Below are positions 1 through 8,186 of a stretch of DNA of 32,425 nucleotides, piece by piece. The stretch comes from Pseudomonadota bacterium (GTDB lineage Bacteria > Desulfobacterota > Desulfobacteria > Desulfobacterales > JBDRRP01): positions 62,001 through 94,425 of the forward strand of contig JBDRRP010000092.1 of assembly GCA_043825735.1 (NCBI GenBank). Reading direction: 5' to 3'. Under the pieces are notes generated by a model, which saw only the letters and a list, made by a program, of their open reading frames with translations, had not been told where the DNA came from and did no database searches. The number at the start of each line of letters is the position of its first letter. Position 1 is the first letter of the stretch. The translations under genes were made by a program, and so were the position numbers.

Positions 1-3
1 GCT

Positions 4-3000
4 ATGGACAGACAGCAGGAAGAGCGCATCATTCAAGACGCCATCGCCCAGGCCGAGGCATGGCAAAACCGGGCCAATGAACTGCTGACCCGGGAAGAAA
101 AAGGCATCCAGGAGCAGATGAAGCGGCTGCTCACCCATCCCATGGACAAGGTCGTTCTCACCAAGATGATCGATCAGAGTTTTCGCTCCCACGATCCTGC
201 GCGCATCGCCGATCAGGTCAATGCCATTTTGGGCGAATGCGGCGTTCCTGATTTCTTCAGCCGGGTGGAAAAATTGCTGGTTCAGATGTTCATGGGGGTC
301 GGCCGCCATTTTCCGGATTTCGCCGTTCCCAAAATGATCGACAAAATGCGCCAGAATTCCAGCCGTGCCATCATCGCGGGTGAAAAAGAGGCCCTGCACG
401 CGCATCTGGAAAAGCGTCGGGAACAAGGCGTGCGCATGAACATCAACCATCTGGGAGAGGCGGTGCTGGGAGAAGACGAAGCGGCCCACCGGTTGGAAAT
501 GTATCTTGCGGACATGAAGGATCCGGATATCGAGTACATCTCGGTGAAGATCTCAACGATTTATTCCCAGATCAGCTCACTGGCCTTCGAGCATTCCATC
601 GCGGTGCTCACAGAGCGTCTTTCCATCCTTTACCGGGAGGCGAAGGCCAATTTTTACACCCGTTATGACGGCACCCGGGTGCCCAAGTTCGTCAATCTGG
701 ACATGGAGGAGTACCGGGACCTGGCGATCACCTCCCAGGCCTTCATTCAGACGCTCGATCAGCCGGAATTCGCCGACTACTCCGCCGGTATCGTGCTCCA
801 GGCCTACCTGCCCGATTCCCACGGCATCCAGCGGCAGTTGACCGACTGGGCAAAAAAGCGGGTGGCCGCCGGCGGCGCCCCGGTCAAGCTCAGGATCGTC
901 AAAGGGGCCAACATGGAGATGGAGCAGCTCGAGTCCGCCTTGTTCAACTGGCCCCTGGCTCCCTACGACAACAAACTGGACGTGGACGCCAACTACAAGC
1001 GCATGGTGGTCTACGGCATGAAGCCGGAAAACATCCGGGCCGTCAACCTGGGCATCGCCTCCCACAATCTTTTCGAGCTGGCTTACGCCTATAAAGTGGC
1101 GCAGGCCTACCAGGTCCCCGAATACTTCTATTTCGAAATGCTCGAGGGGATGGCCGATCACGTGCGACGGGCCCTTCGGGAGATGTCCGGAGACGTGCTG
1201 CTGTATGCCCCGGTGGCGACCAAGGATGAGTTCATCAACGCCATCGCCTACCTCATCCGTCGGCTAGACGAAAACACGTCACCGGAAAACTTCCTGCGAT
1301 ACGCGCCCAGCCTGACGGTGGGTTCCGGGGAATGGGAATTTCTAAAGGAAGGGTTCGTGGCTTCCTGCGCGCACCGGGACGCGGCCCCGATGACGCCCAA
1401 CCGGGTCCAGGACAGAAACACCGAAACGGCTGCTGAAAAAGCCGGCACTTTTTCTACCGGGGAATTCATCAACGAACCGGACACGGACTGGTCCCTGGCC
1501 GCCAATCGGCGCTGGGCCGAGAGCATCCGCGCGCGCTGGAAGAAATCGGCCGGTGATGCCCCCATGGACATCCCGGTAGTCATCGGCGGCGCCGCGCGTT
1601 TTGAAGACCGGGAGATCATCTCGTGTATCGACCCCAACCAGCATCCTGACATCGTGCCGGTGGCGCGCTGTGCCATGGCGAGCCGCGAAGATGCCCTGGA
1701 TGCGGTCACCGTGGCAACGGCCGATCCGGACGGCTGGCGCCGGCTGTCATCGGCCGCCCGCCACGAAATCCTTTCCCGGGTCGCCTGTGAACTGAGAAAA
1801 GCCCGAGGCGATCTCATCGGTGCCGCTGCCGCCAACACCGGAAAAGTTTTCTCCGAGACGGATGTGGAGGTCTCCGAAGCCATCGACTTTGCCGAATACT
1901 ACCCGCTGACCGTTCGCCAGTACGATGCCATCGGCTCGGTGACCGTTGCGGGAAAAGGGGTGGGGCTCGTCGTCTCGCCGTGGAATTTTCCGGTGGCCAT
2001 TCCCTGCGGCGGCATTGTCGCGGCACTGGCGGCGGGCAACACCGTTGTCTTCAAGCCGGCCTCCGATGCGGTGGTGGTGGCCTGGGAGCTGTGCCAGTGC
2101 TTTTGGCGGGCGGGGATATCGAAAAACACACTGCAGTTCGTTCCGTGCGCCGGGGGCAGCGTCGGCCCGGTGCTGACCGGCCACCCGGATGTGGATTTCG
2201 TGATTCTTACCGGCGGCACGGACACCGGTCTTAAAATGCTGGAGCGCTCGCCGGGGATCTATCTGGCGGCGGAGACCGGCGGCAAGAACGCCACCATCGT
2301 CACCGACATGGCCGACCGCGACCAGGCCATCAAGAACGTCATCCATTCCGCCTTCGGCAATTGCGGTCAGAAGTGCAGCGCCACATCGCTGCTCATTTTG
2401 GAAAAGACCATCTATGACGATCCCCACTTCCAGCAGCAACTGGTGGACGCCTCCCGGAGCTTAACCGTGGGCAGCGCCTGGGTTTTCGAAAACAAGATGG
2501 CTGCACTCATCCGGCCGCCGGCGGGAGATTTGGCGCGGGCGATGACGACACTGGAGCCCGGGGAGCGCTGGGCGCTGAAGCCTGAGATGGTGGGCGAAAA
2601 CCCCCACTTGTGGAGCCCGGGGATCAAGTACGGCGTCCAACCGGGCAGCCACACCCATATGACCGAGTTCTTCGGAGCGCTGCTCGGGGTCATGCGCGCC
2701 GATAGTCTGGAGCACGCCATTTCCCTGGTGAACCAGACCGGATACGGTCTCACATCAGGTATCGAAAGCCTCGATAAGAGAGAGCAGGACATCTGGAAAG
2801 AGCGGATCTTTGCCGGCAACCTTTACATCAACCGCGGCACCACCGGCGCCATTACGCTGCGCCAGCCCTTCGGCGGCATGGGAAAATCTGCGCTCGGACC
2901 GGGGCTCAAAGCCGGCAGCCCCGACTATGTATCCCAGTTCATGGATTTCACAGAGACGGGCCTCCCGGAAACCGGAGTGATCGAAAGGGACTATCGTCTG

Positions 3001-3609
3001 CTGCGACTGATGCAGGAATGGCAGCAGATGATCAAGTGGGGACAGCACGCCGAGCACCGCGACGATCTGTACCGGACGGTACGGGTCGTAAAGAGCTATC
3101 TCCTCCACGCCGAGCGAAAGTTCTCCCGGGAGGAAGACTATTTTCATCTGCGGGGTCAGGACAACATCCTTCGCTACCGCCCGGTGGGCACCGTGGTGAT
3201 CCGTCTTCACGCCAGCGACACGCTGTTCCAAACCCTTGCCCGTATCGCCGCCGCGACGGTGAGCGGTTGCCGGCCCGTGGTGAGCATCCCAACCGGGCTC
3301 AGCAACCCTGTCACCGCCTTTCTCTTTTCCAGGGAAGGAAAGAAGCTGCTCGGCGGGGCGGACGCATCGTTTCATGCCGACAAGGCGCTCATCGCCATGA
3401 TGCCGAAAATCGACCGGATCCGCTACGCCGCCCCAGACCGGGTGCCCGAGGCGGTCTTTGCGGCTGCCGCCAAAACCGGGTTTTACATCTCCCGGACGCC
3501 GGTCGCGATGGAAGGGCGCATCGAACTGCTCCAGTACTACCGCCAGCAGAGCATCTGCAACAACTACCACCGCTACGGCAATCTGGGCGAAAGAAGTCTG
3601 ATCGCCTGA
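4..3609 (+). CDS. putA: Bifunctional proline dehydrogenase / glutamate-semialdehyde (P5C) dehydrogenase, PutA
   Basis: 1201 aa. PRODH motifs (NLDMEEY, GIVLQAYLPD, RIVKGAN, IASHNLF, YLIRRLDEN) followed by ALDH motifs (VSPWNFPVAIP, FKPA, AETGGKNA, GQKCSATS catalytic Cys, TEFFG, TGYGLTSG, RQPFGG). No N-terminal RHH domain evident. Confidence 0.96.
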   Translation: MDRQQEERIIQDAIAQAEAWQNRANELLTREEKGIQEQMKRLLTHPMDKVVLTKMIDQSFRSHDPARIADQVNAILGECGVPDFFSRVEKLLVQMFMGVGRHFPDFAVPKMIDKMRQNSSRAIIAGEKEALHAHLEKRREQGVRMNINHLGEAVLGEDEAAHRLEMYLADMKDPDIEYISVKISTIYSQISSLAFEHSIAVLTERLSILYREAKANFYTRYDGTRVPKFVNLDMEEYRDLAITSQAFIQTLDQPEFADYSAGIVLQAYLPDSHGIQRQLTDWAKKRVAAGGAPVKLRIVKGANMEMEQLESALFNWPLAPYDNKLDVDANYKRMVVYGMKPENIRAVNLGIASHNLFELAYAYKVAQAYQVPEYFYFEMLEGMADHVRRALREMSGDVLLYAPVATKDEFINAIAYLIRRLDENTSPENFLRYAPSLTVGSGEWEFLKEGFVASCAHRDAAPMTPNRVQDRNTETAAEKAGTFSTGEFINEPDTDWSLAANRRWAESIRARWKKSAGDAPMDIPVVIGGAARFEDREIISCIDPNQHPDIVPVARCAMASREDALDAVTVATADPDGWRRLSSAARHEILSRVACELRKARGDLIGAAAANTGKVFSETDVEVSEAIDFAEYYPLTVRQYDAIGSVTVAGKGVGLVVSPWNFPVAIPCGGIVAALAAGNTVVFKPASDAVVVAWELCQCFWRAGISKNTLQFVPCAGGSVGPVLTGHPDVDFVILTGGTDTGLKMLERSPGIYLAAETGGKNATIVTDMADRDQAIKNVIHSAFGNCGQKCSATSLLILEKTIYDDPHFQQQLVDASRSLTVGSAWVFENKMAALIRPPAGDLARAMTTLEPGERWALKPEMVGENPHLWSPGIKYGVQPGSHTHMTEFFGALLGVMRADSLEHAISLVNQTGYGLTSGIESLDKREQDIWKERIFAGNLYINRGTTGAITLRQPFGGMGKSALGPGLKAGSPDYVSQFMDFTETGLPETGVIERDYRLLRLMQEWQQMIKWGQHAEHRDDLYRTVRVVKSYLLHAERKFSREEDYFHLRGQDNILRYRPVGTVVIRLHASDTLFQTLARIAAATVSGCRPVVSIPTGLSNPVTAFLFSREGKKLLGGADASFHADKALIAMMPKIDRIRYAAPDRVPEAVFAAAAKTGFYISRTPVAMEGRIELLQYYRQQSICNNYHRYGNLGERSLIA

Positions 3610-3640
3610 GCGCGGTCACGGCGGGTGACGAAAACAAACC

Positions 3641-3682
3641 GGAGGGCTTGACGCAGCAAGCGGCGGGCCCCCCTGATTTTTT
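3641..3682 (+). terminator. Putative intrinsic terminator between convergent putA and sbtM
   Basis: Imperfect GC-rich hairpin GGAGGGCTTG...CGGGCCCCCC followed by TGATTTTTT, 32 nt after the putA stop. Confidence 0.5.
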
Positions 3683-3696
3683 GAAAGGCAATGAGA

Positions 3697-5286
3697 TTAT
3701 CCAATACCGCGATCATCCGATGTTGCCGGGGCGGCTTCAATAAAACAGTAAGGGTCCCGGTCGTTGAAGATGTCCAGACCGTTACCGTAGATTACAGCCA
3801 TGCAGCCGCCGCAGACAGGGCGCAGCCGGCACTCGCGGCACGCGGCGGTGCCCGAGCGATATCGGCGTGCCGACGCGCCGTCGTAGATATCGACGAGCCG
3901 CTGGCTGAGGATGTTTCCGATGGGTGAGGGAAATTTGCGGCAGGCGTGCACCTCGCCGTCGGGAAGAAGCGAAACGAAGTTGAAGGCGGCGCCGCACCCA
4001 TGCCCGGTACAGCCGCCGAAGGGGGCTTTCCGCTGCCGATAGCGGGAAATATTGATCAGATTGTCCTTGAGTCCCATACCGGGGTTGTCATCTGCCGCAG
4101 CCAGATAGCGCTCGATCAAGCCGGGGTAGTCATGGATATCGGCCTGGTGCAAATCGATCCCTTCCCCCACCGGGGTGAGGCGGTTGAAGGTGAACAGATC
4201 CGCCCGGCCCCGAAGGTGCGCTGCCAGCGGGAGGACATCTTCGGTGTTCGCCTTGGTCAGGGTGAGCATGACCATGGAGAAGATGTCCAGGCCCTTGAGC
4301 GTGGTTAAAAAGTCCATCACCCGGTCAAAATGGCCTCGGCCGCGAATGTCATCGTTTTGCGCGCGCATCCCTTCCAGGCTGACTTGGTAAAATTCCGGGT
4401 GCCGGATGGCGACGATGTTTTCCAATTGGTGTCGCGGCACCGGGTTGCCCAGAATGGCCGTCATGAATCCGCGCTCGGCGGCTTCGCGATAAATGGTTGT
4501 GAAATGCGCGTGCAGGAATGGATTCCCGCCGGTGAAGCTGATTTGCCCTATAACATTTTTGGATCGGCAGAAATCGTAGGTGTCGTCGAGGACGGCCACA
4601 GCCTGTTTCAGAGAGAAATCGTCACGATTGCTGCGGTCGTAGCAGTGCCGGCAATGAAGGTCGCATTTTTGGGTGATGTGCCACTGGAGTGTGAAAACCG
4701 GGGAACTGAAATAGTCAGGGGTTGATATTTCCCCGCGGGGGAAACCGGGCGGCCGGGCAATTCCCGGAGGCGGCGCCAGGAGCAACCCCTTTGAGACGGC
4801 GGTTTCGAGGATGTCCGTGATCGTGCCCAGAGAAACACCGCCTTGGCCCGCAGCAGTCCGCGGGCTCATTTTCTCCACCACGATCTTCAGTGCCAGCAGG
4901 TCGTGACCCGATGCTGTGGCGATCTTCATCTCCCGGCTTCCGGGGATGCGCCACAGGAGGGTCGTCGCGTCGGCCGGTTCCGGCTCGATTGCATCACCGG
5001 CGATCAGTTCCGGCAGCCCGCGCCAGGAGACGGTCACGAACGTGAGATGGGGGTTGACCGAGAGCGACGTGACGACAGGCACAGCATCGGGCCCGGTTGC
5101 TGAAAGTTGGGCCGCCGCCCACTCCACTTTCGACAGATCATGAAGATACGGCTGCAGATTCAAAGCGCGGGCGTGCGTATTCAAGTAGTCGGGAAGGTCT
5201 TGGGGACGAAGATGCTTCGGCAGGGCGGCACCCGCACCCGTTATCAGACGGCATGATGCGGGAAACGCGGCGATAAGGTCTTGCAT
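3697..5286 (-). CDS. sbtM: Radical SAM/SPASM peptide maturase, SbtM-like (thio(seleno)oxazole / 'selenobiotic' family)
   Basis: 529 aa. FTLQWHITQKCDLHCRHCY (CxxxCxxC), FTGGNP, and C-terminal SPASM cysteines (GCTGHGCGAAFNF, CRKF, CRECRLRPVCGGC, DPYC). About 190 aa N-terminal extension (putative peptide-binding region). Directly downstream of an SbtA-like precursor; GGAG RBS. Confidence 0.88.
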   Translation of the reverse strand: MQDLIAAFPASCRLITGAGAALPKHLRPQDLPDYLNTHARALNLQPYLHDLSKVEWAAAQLSATGPDAVPVVTSLSVNPHLTFVTVSWRGLPELIAGDAIEPEPADATTLLWRIPGSREMKIATASGHDLLALKIVVEKMSPRTAAGQGGVSLGTITDILETAVSKGLLLAPPPGIARPPGFPRGEISTPDYFSSPVFTLQWHITQKCDLHCRHCYDRSNRDDFSLKQAVAVLDDTYDFCRSKNVIGQISFTGGNPFLHAHFTTIYREAAERGFMTAILGNPVPRHQLENIVAIRHPEFYQVSLEGMRAQNDDIRGRGHFDRVMDFLTTLKGLDIFSMVMLTLTKANTEDVLPLAAHLRGRADLFTFNRLTPVGEGIDLHQADIHDYPGLIERYLAAADDNPGMGLKDNLINISRYRQRKAPFGGCTGHGCGAAFNFVSLLPDGEVHACRKFPSPIGNILSQRLVDIYDGASARRYRSGTAACRECRLRPVCGGCMAVIYGNGLDIFNDRDPYCFIEAAPATSDDRGIG

Positions 5287-5374
5287 GATTCTCCGGCCGC
5301 GGGGCGATGGTTCTTTTTACCCTGCGATAGCGCACCGATGGTGAACCGCGGGCCAACGCGCGGTGATGACTAAC

Positions 5375-5403
5375 ACGCCGGCGTCAGGGATGCCCACCGG
5401 CGT
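5375..5403. terminator. Hairpin between precursor and maturase genes (possible attenuator or mRNA stabiliser)
   Basis: ACGCCGG (5375-5381) / CCGGCGT (5397-5403) inverted repeat, extendable with G-U pairs; only a weak U tail on the minus strand. Confidence 0.35.
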
Positions 5404-5418
5404 TTGGTTTTTATGAGC

Positions 5419-5437
5419 AGCATGCCTCCGGCATGCT
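5419..5437 (-). promoter_or_regulatory. SECIS-like hairpin 2 (3' UTR) for the UGA at 5449-5451
   Basis: Minus strand AGCATGC-CGGAG-GCATGCT, perfect stem starting 11 nt after the UGA; shares TGCCGG with hairpin 1. Confidence 0.6.
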
Positions 5438-5442
5438 AAAAA

Positions 5443-5766
5443 TCAGGCTCAGCCGCTTTTCCCGGATTTCTTTTTTTCTTTTTTGGCGTTACCCGCGTCG
5501 CCGGGTTTACCGGCTGATGTATTCTGCTGATCTGTTTCTAACACGGTTTTGTCTTTTTCCGCCGACTGTTCAGCGCTCACGGCGCTGCTGTTTTTCGCTC
5601 CTGAGCCGCTGGCGGCCGCGGGTTTTTCCACTGAAGTGCTCCCGGCACCCGGTTTGGCCCCTCAGCCGCTGCCGCCTTGGGCACCCGGCACGGTGACGCC
5701 GCCCATGCTGATGAGGCCGGCCACTCCCAGTCCTGCTAAAAATCGCTTTAATGCTTTTGTTTCCAT
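5443..5766 (-). CDS. sbtA: SbtA-family selenocysteine-containing RiPP precursor (107 aa if both UGAs are read as Sec)
   Basis: ATG at 5766 with GGAG RBS. Reads METKALKRFLAGLGVAGLISMGGVTVPGAQGGSG-U35(TGA 5662-5664)-GAKPGAGSTSVEKPAAASGSGAK...KKEKKKSGKSG-U106(TGA 5449-5451)-A-stop(TGA 5443-5445). Leader resembles the SbtA/GSU_1558 family (LK..LAGL..AGL); the frame stays open after the first UGA; adjacent to sbtM. The end would be 5449 if the second UGA is the stop. Confidence 0.85.
5635..5649 (-). promoter_or_regulatory. SECIS-like hairpin 1 for the UGA at 5662-5664
   Basis: Minus strand GGTGC-CGGGA-GCACT starting 12 nt after the in-frame UGA; G-containing apical loop at typical bacterial SECIS spacing. 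Confidence 0.7.
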
Positions 5767-5841
5767 CTCGTTCTCCCGGCTTACTTATAAACGGTGAATG
5801 ATTGAAAACGCTGATGCGGGTTTTTGAGCCGTATTGAAGCC

Positions 5842-6031
5842 ATCAGCAGTCACCAGGGAGGCTTGGCTAATGATGGCGGTAGCCGCAATGATCCGATCAG
5901 CCGGGTCTTTGTGGGCATCCCCGAACAGGCGGGCCGACAGTTCGGCCACCGTTGGAGAGATGGGGTGCAGGTGATAGACGCTGCGGCTGTAGGGCATTCC
6001 AAATGACAACATGGGTATCCACCACGATCAT
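5842..6031 (-). pseudogene. vapC: VapC/PIN-domain toxin pseudogene (internal deletion plus frameshift)
   Basis: ATG at 6031 gives the PIN N-terminus MIVVDTHVVIWNALQPQRLSPA, then runs out of homology and stops at 5897-5899. A second frame gives the PIN C-terminus HPISPTVAELSARL...HKDPADRIIAATA...LVTAD. The central part of the domain is missing; junction near 5965-5972. Confidence 0.85.
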
Positions 6032-6183
6032 GTCAGTGCATCCCAGTGGGCGTCAAGGGGCGAAAGCACATCGCCCACGTGGGCGGTGCGCGCCATTTGT
6101 TCAAGCGCCTGCCGGGCAGTGGCACGCTCGTCTTCCACGGGCACCAGCCGGGCCACTGGGCACCCCCGGGAGGTCAATATAAT
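6028..6183 (-). pseudogene. Phd/YefM-family antitoxin, 5'-truncated remnant
   Basis: Minus frame IILTSRGCPVARLVPVEDE...GDVLSPLDAHWDALT* matches the Phd 'IITxRGxPVARLVP' motif. Stop overlaps the toxin ATG (ATGA). An in-frame stop lies just upstream and the N-terminal DNA-binding strand and helix are absent. Confidence 0.8.
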
Positions 6184-6204
6184 GTACAAAACGAAATGGT
6201 GCAA
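6176..6204 (-). promoter_or_regulatory. Putative sigma70 promoter with TGTACA operator core, left over from the TA operon
   Basis: Minus strand TTGCAC (6204-6199), 17 nt spacer, TATATT (6181-6176); palindromic TGTACA at 6183-6188 within the spacer. Confidence 0.5.
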
Positions 6205-6283
6205 GGGTCACGCGCTGGCAGGCTGTATCGCGTGTCATCGACTCAGCACCTCAGTGGCGGCCGACCGTGATGCACTACGACGG

Positions 6284-7885
6284 TCATGGCACCGTCCAGC
6301 CCAGGGTAAAGTCGATGCGGCCGGGCTGCGGCAGTACGGCGGACGGCGGCGTGAGCCCGATGGCAAGGGCCGACGCCGCGCCGGTGTCGCCTGGGGCCCA
6401 GCCAATTTCCATATCCGCCGGCGGCTCCTGGCCGCTCGCGCGGAAGAACGCCGCCAGGGCGGCGGTCACCGCCGCCGGGATCCGTTCTCGGTCGGTTTCT
6501 TCGTCCATGGCCGTCTTCAGCTCGAAGAGAAATCCCATCAGGCGGTTGAAAAAGAGCTGGAACTTGAGGCTGCCGCCGGCCAGGGTGGCCTCATGGGGGA
6601 TGGCGGCCGTGTCCCGGCCGACGCCGCCGGCCAGGGGGATGATGCCGGATTCAATCAATTCGGCGATCCGGTCCTCGGAGATCAGGGCCTCGGTGGCGGC
6701 CGTGCGGCTGTCATCGACAGGGGCCACCGCGAGATTCGTGAGCGATAGGCTCCGGTAGTCGGTCAGTCGCGACGGCCAGCCGATAGTCGCCACACTTTTT
6801 GCCGCCAGAACGCCAAGGGCCCACACCGGGCTGACCCACAGCGGAGACGTTTCTGTAAATGAAGCGGTGCGCGGCGGGTTATCCTCGCCATAGGGCGCAC
6901 GGGTGAGAAACCGGTTGAGGGTGGCGGCCACCCACTCACTGCCTGGCGCCTGGCGTCGTTTGCGCCATTTGGCGTAGGCGGCGTTTTCCAGGTGGGTGGC
7001 GATGTAGGGCAGTTTGCCCAACGCCCGCCAGTCGGGCAGATGGAAAAAGCGCGGACCGATCCATACGGCCGTAGGCACCATGAGGGTGTCGGCGCAGGTC
7101 AGCACCGCGTCCAAACGCTCGATGCCGGGATCGGTGGCATCACATTCCATATCCAGGAGGATCAGGTTCGGTGGCACCTGGGAAAACGCCCCCGCGACCG
7201 TTTCCAGGGTGCCCGCAAGGCCCTGCCGTGAGACGCTGGCAATTTTCAGCGACACGGCGCCGCCGGGGATGACCGGGCCCTGGCAGACCAGGGCGGCCAC
7301 GCCCTGCCAGGCCGCCTCCAGTCTTCGAAACCCTTCATCGGCGTAAACGCAACCGAGCAGTGCGCTCATCAGACCGTCGATCTGTTTTCGCCAGCTCCGG
7401 GCATCGCCGGCGCCGGTCGCCCCGCCCCCGGCGCCGCCGCCGGGGGCGGCCACCATGGCGAGCAGATCATCCACGGCGCTTTGCTGCGCCGAGGCGGCGA
7501 CGGGCGCCGCGTCAGCGACGTTCAGGTCCAGAGGCAGGTTTGGCGCCGCCGCGGTGATCCGGGCGGCGATCTGCGCGGTCGATAACCCCGTCTTCAGCCC
7601 CTCGTCCACCGCTTCTCCAGCGGCCGCCAGGGATGCGAGATAGGGTACGCGCGCCGCCAGGCGATGGGGCTTGAAATCGGTCATGGCCGCGGGTTTGAAA
7701 TACAAAAACCCTTCCGGGCAAAAAGCCTGCGGCACCGCAATGGCCAGGGTGGGGGCCAGCGCGTCCACTGCCGCATCGAGGCTCTCGCGGTCGACATCGA
7801 CGATCTTGAATGCGGCCGGACGATCAGGCAGTTCGGCCAGCGGGGCCAGTGCTAGGATGGTAAAGGGTGTTTTGGGGATGTCCAT
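6284..7885 (-). CDS. Fused TssB-like + TssC-like T6SS contractile sheath protein
   Basis: Start moved to ATG 7885 (GGAG RBS). N-terminus PFTILALAPL...VDVDRESLDAAVDALAPTL...MTDFKP..LAARVPYL resembles TssB/VipA. QIDGLMSALL...FRRLEAAWQGV, YAKWRKRRQ...NRFLTRAPYGEDNP, PLWVSPVW, GWPS and TEALISE resemble TssC/VipB. Confidence 0.78.
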   Translation of the reverse strand: MDIPKTPFTILALAPLAELPDRPAAFKIVDVDRESLDAAVDALAPTLAIAVPQAFCPEGFLYFKPAAMTDFKPHRLAARVPYLASLAAAGEAVDEGLKTGLSTAQIAARITAAAPNLPLDLNVADAAPVAASAQQSAVDDLLAMVAAPGGGAGGGATGAGDARSWRKQIDGLMSALLGCVYADEGFRRLEAAWQGVAALVCQGPVIPGGAVSLKIASVSRQGLAGTLETVAGAFSQVPPNLILLDMECDATDPGIERLDAVLTCADTLMVPTAVWIGPRFFHLPDWRALGKLPYIATHLENAAYAKWRKRRQAPGSEWVAATLNRFLTRAPYGEDNPPRTASFTETSPLWVSPVWALGVLAAKSVATIGWPSRLTDYRSLSLTNLAVAPVDDSRTAATEALISEDRIAELIESGIIPLAGGVGRDTAAIPHEATLAGGSLKFQLFFNRLMGFLFELKTAMDEETDRERIPAAVTAALAAFFRASGQEPPADMEIGWAPGDTGAASALAIGLTPPSAVLPQPGRIDFTLGWTVP

Positions 7886-7923
7886 GGCGATCTCCTCGTT
7901 TTGGTTTTCAGCAGCAAAAATCA

Positions 7924-8135
7924 ATTTCGCGCAGAGACGCGGAGGCGCAGAGAAACTCGTGAGTAGAAAACCAGAATACGCTTATGCCGAAAGCTCAAGT
8001 TGACGTGATCTGAGCCATTGAATTGCTTACCACCAAGTTCATGTCACCCGCAGCGGCCCTGAGGCGCAGGGAAAGGCATGCCCGCATTTCCATTTTTTGT
8101 AGTTCTCTGCGTCTCAGCGTCTTTGCGCGGGAAAT
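7924..8135. repeat. REP/MITE-like element bounded by ~30-bp imperfect inverted repeats
   Basis: Left arm ATTTCGCGCAGAGACGCGGAGGCGCAGAGAA (7924-7954); right arm TTCTCTGCGTCTCAGCGTCTTTGCGCGGGAAAT (8103-8135); degenerate third copy at ~8044-8073. Confidence 0.7.
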
Positions 8136-8186
8136 ATCTTTCATGGTAATCACGGTAATGATCAATGCCGCACGATTATATCTCGC

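Noticed and set aside
5443..5445. Third UGA as another selenocysteine
   Set aside because: Hairpin 2 starts only 5 nt after it, too close for typical SECIS spacing, and the context is not Ser-Gly; treated as the stop codon.
5449..5631. 60-aa ORF from the track as a stand-alone gene
   Set aside because: It is the in-frame continuation of sbtA after the Sec UGA; its GTG start has no clear RBS.
5810..5847. GCTGATG/CATCAGC inverted repeat at the end of the vapC remnant
   Set aside because: Only 7 bp with a long loop; could be chance, although it coincides with the loss of PIN similarity.
5785..6012. 75-aa ORF as an intact toxin gene
   Set aside because: Only its middle is PIN-like; the real PIN N-terminus is in another frame starting at 6031.
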